Part shown: piece by piece, positions 61,539 through 64,000 of the stretch | Layout: each line of letters begins with the position of its first letter | Position numbering within the stretch: position 1 is the first letter of the stretch | Source of the DNA: Takakia lepidozioides | Taxonomy: Eukaryota > Plantae > Bryophyta | Direction of reading: 5' to 3' | DNA length: 64,000 bases | Assembly: GCA_030704615.1 (NCBI GenBank) | Contig: CM060732.1 | Span: 1,798,001 to 1,862,000 of the forward strand | Notes under the pieces: model-generated | Seen by the model: only the letters and a program-made list of their open reading frames with translations | Told to the model about the DNA's origin: nothing | Databases searched by the model: none | Translations under genes and position numbers: made by a program

Positions 61539-64000
61539 TTACTCACAGGCAAAGTCGGAGTCCAACTCCTTGTCGGAAGTCTCTCCTGTATCAATATCAC
61601 CGGGAAGGGGCTTCGGAAGGACTTGAGAAGTGTGTCCACCCAAACCCATCAGGAGGTTCTTGTAAATCTCGGCATCCCCTTCAATCCCAAGGAGATGTCG
61701 CGCACTGGCCTTGCAAGCGTGGTACGAAGCACCTGCAGTGGAATAGAAGGAAGGAAACAGACATTGAAGACACATTTGGAACGGTGGGAAGTGCGGAAAG
61801 TGCAAGCTCAAACAAACCTGATGAAATGTGAATGTTGAAGAGACGAACCTGTGCCCATTGACAAATCCAGAACTCTGGCGTCTGTGTAGGTGCAGCACTC
61901 CACAATCATTTGAATGAAAGCCAGGCTCCTCTCCTTGGCCCCTCTCCAAGGAACCCCATTCCCCCTTCGCAAGCACACGTTGTTGTCCACGTAGTTGTGG
62001 TGCATGTCATCCGTGGGAGGATCTGTCCTCTCATCTATGAACTTGCCCCCATGAGTGATGGCGAACTCCCTAATGACGGCTGGAGTCGTAGGTGGATGCA
62101 CTCGGACGAGACAAACAGCTTCAAACAAACGAGTCTGCGAACAGGACATCCACAAGGAACTAAGAAGCTTGAAAACCAGGCCCCTACATATTCATTTGAG
62201 CGACTTATGCAACTCCATCCGAGAACCACCAAGAAGAGGAATAAGAAGGCAGATTTACCATCTCTCCCGGACGATCCCCCTTTGTCAGGTACATGTTGTT
62301 CACACAATTCCATGTCTTCACGACCCTCATACCGGAGGCTTTCAAATAGCTGGCAAGTGCACGGTGACAGCAAAGGTCGATGGACTGGATGAGCACCAAA
62401 ACACTTGCATCGGACAGAAAGAAATTGCAAAAGGAGAAAACCCACCGCCAGTAGCGCTCATCAAAAGCATTCCAACCTAGACAAGCATCCATGGAGGGAC
62501 ATCCGGGACTGGCAACCCATCAGGGATGTCCAAGATGATGAGTTCGGCTGCATATGGCTTCTCCTTCCCGTTCACCCATGATTTGGTCATTTTAGCCTGC
62601 AAACAAGCATGCAATGGAATGCTCAAGAGGATTGAAACGACCCATGCCCACAACAGACAAGAAGCAAAAGACAACACGCACCGTGCCGAGGAACTCCACA
62701 ATCCTCTCCCACACTGGTGATGGTTCACCCTTGTAATCAGATTTCTTGGACTCCATCATGGCAAGGAACCCAACGTTTGCCATCTCCAACCTGGTAGGGC
62801 AAATGACCCTCTTGGGATGCTCCACTGCATGGTACGGGTCCTTAGGATCAACCACCCCATTGTTCTTTCTCACGGATCCCCTACCATGCGGTGGAGTCTG
62901 TTGGACATCCACCACAGGGCCAGTTTCTGCAACACTTCCCTGCCCACCTACCTGCCCTTGTGCTCCCTTCCCCCTACCCCTTCTTTTCCCCACACCACCA
63001 GCAACGTCCTTTCCCTTTGCCTTTCTACCTTAACCCGGGGTATCCTGAGCGGGAGACTCATTTTCTGCAAGAGTCCTCAAATTTCTATCATGAATGTCGA
63101 GGTCGGCTGTTGCGGCGGTGGCTGCTATACGCTCATTCTCTCTCCTCAAAGACACCTTCTGAGCTGGGGTCTCAGAAGCAGGGCAATCCAAATACCAACC
63201 ACAAGCATAAAGATGGTCTGGCCCCAGTCATGCAAGATCCCCGTAGTAAACATGGTCTGGTTGCCAGCAGTGACAAGCCAAAGGTCCACGAAATCAGGAT
63301 GTTTGTCCAAGCAGTTCTCTGCCATGAGAACATACTTTATGTACCTGCAGGAACAGAGACAGCCTCATTATGCAATGCAATTATTGTCTCCTAGCTTTTC
63401 CACCACATCACGAAGACCCCCTAAAAGAGTATGCGGCACAGTTCACTGCAACCACCGCACACAAAATAGCCTGAAGGGCCCAGGGTGTGCACGTTGGTGC
63501 TACTACACATGGATAGAACAAATGAGTGTGCGGCACCGCAAACTCATATGAGCCAGCCCAAAACAGGTTGGATGGAGGAGAGTGTGTCTTTGCAAAACAA
63601 ACAAGCACAGTCCATTTCGCACCTGTAAAGGCATCGTTTCCAGGCTTCCTCTCCTTTCTCTCGCTGGTCAAGCTCATTTGTTCGACTGATGCCACCCCCC
63701 TTGCTGAACTCTCTGAAGAAACAAGATTGCCACACTGTGGCTCTCCATTTCCTCATGTATGCTTGGAAGGAGACCTTCGGTGCTGTCATGGTGATGCCAT
63801 AGTCAGCCAGCTGCGTATGTAGAACCGACCGGGCCCTTTCCTCCAACTGCAAAACAATTCAAATGCAAGAATGAACCTAAAAACAATCACAGCCAATGTA
63901 ACATGGAAAGAGAATGACAGAAAAGTGAAAAGAAAGTGACACAACAAAGGACATCATACCTGGCTCCAGTAAGTGGCCTTGTGAAGCATATGTCCATCAC
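61539..64000 (-). pseudogene. Multi-exon gene ending in a beta-class N4-cytosine/N6-adenine DNA methyltransferase domain; frameshifted; 5' end beyond the window
   Basis: MTase exons 62596-62259 (1-nt frameshift near 62495), 62134-61849 and 61732-61539, with phase-compatible GT-AG introns. Motif IV-like ELIILDIPDG comes first and GAKERSLAFIQMIVECCTYTDARVLDLSMGTG|ASYHACKASARHLLGIEGD (motifs X-I-II) comes last. Upstream exons end at 63960, start at 63846 and end at 62682. Confidence 0.8.

Noticed and set aside
61539-62596. Bacterial contamination as the source of the methyltransferase
   Set aside because: The domain is split by phase-compatible GT-AG introns, and a paralogous upstream exon occurs elsewhere in the same plant window.
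62817-63551. 244-aa plus-strand ORF (also 61910-62392 and 62055-62480)
   Set aside because: These are antisense shadows of the minus-strand spliced gene.

Overview
Eukaryotic nuclear DNA from a land plant, probably a non-seed lineage with heavy organellar RNA editing (inferred from a PLS-type PPR relic and unedited plastid codons). There are two intact, convergent host genes: a 24-exon starch branching enzyme II (7804-30670, +) and an 8-exon TGA bZIP-DOG1 factor (36056-32446, -). Both ends of the window are packed with transposons. Left: a CACTA end, a Gypsy LTR plus gag relic, a CACTA transposase relic and a TTAA-flanked TIR element; RTEX-like LINEs fill SBE intron 3. Right: a 120-bp tandem array containing a plastid rps8-infA insertion, then a Ty3/Gypsy element whose RT is split by a 9.46-kb DNA transposon (16-bp TIRs, 8-bp TSD) with a P-element-like transposase and a captured PPR gene piece, then RING-H2 and hAT relics. 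The most notable observation is at the right edge: a spliced gene whose last three exons build a complete prokaryote-type beta-class N4C/N6A DNA amino-methyltransferase domain. A second copy of one of its upstream exons lies at the left edge of the window. All calls were made by eye; no database searches were run.
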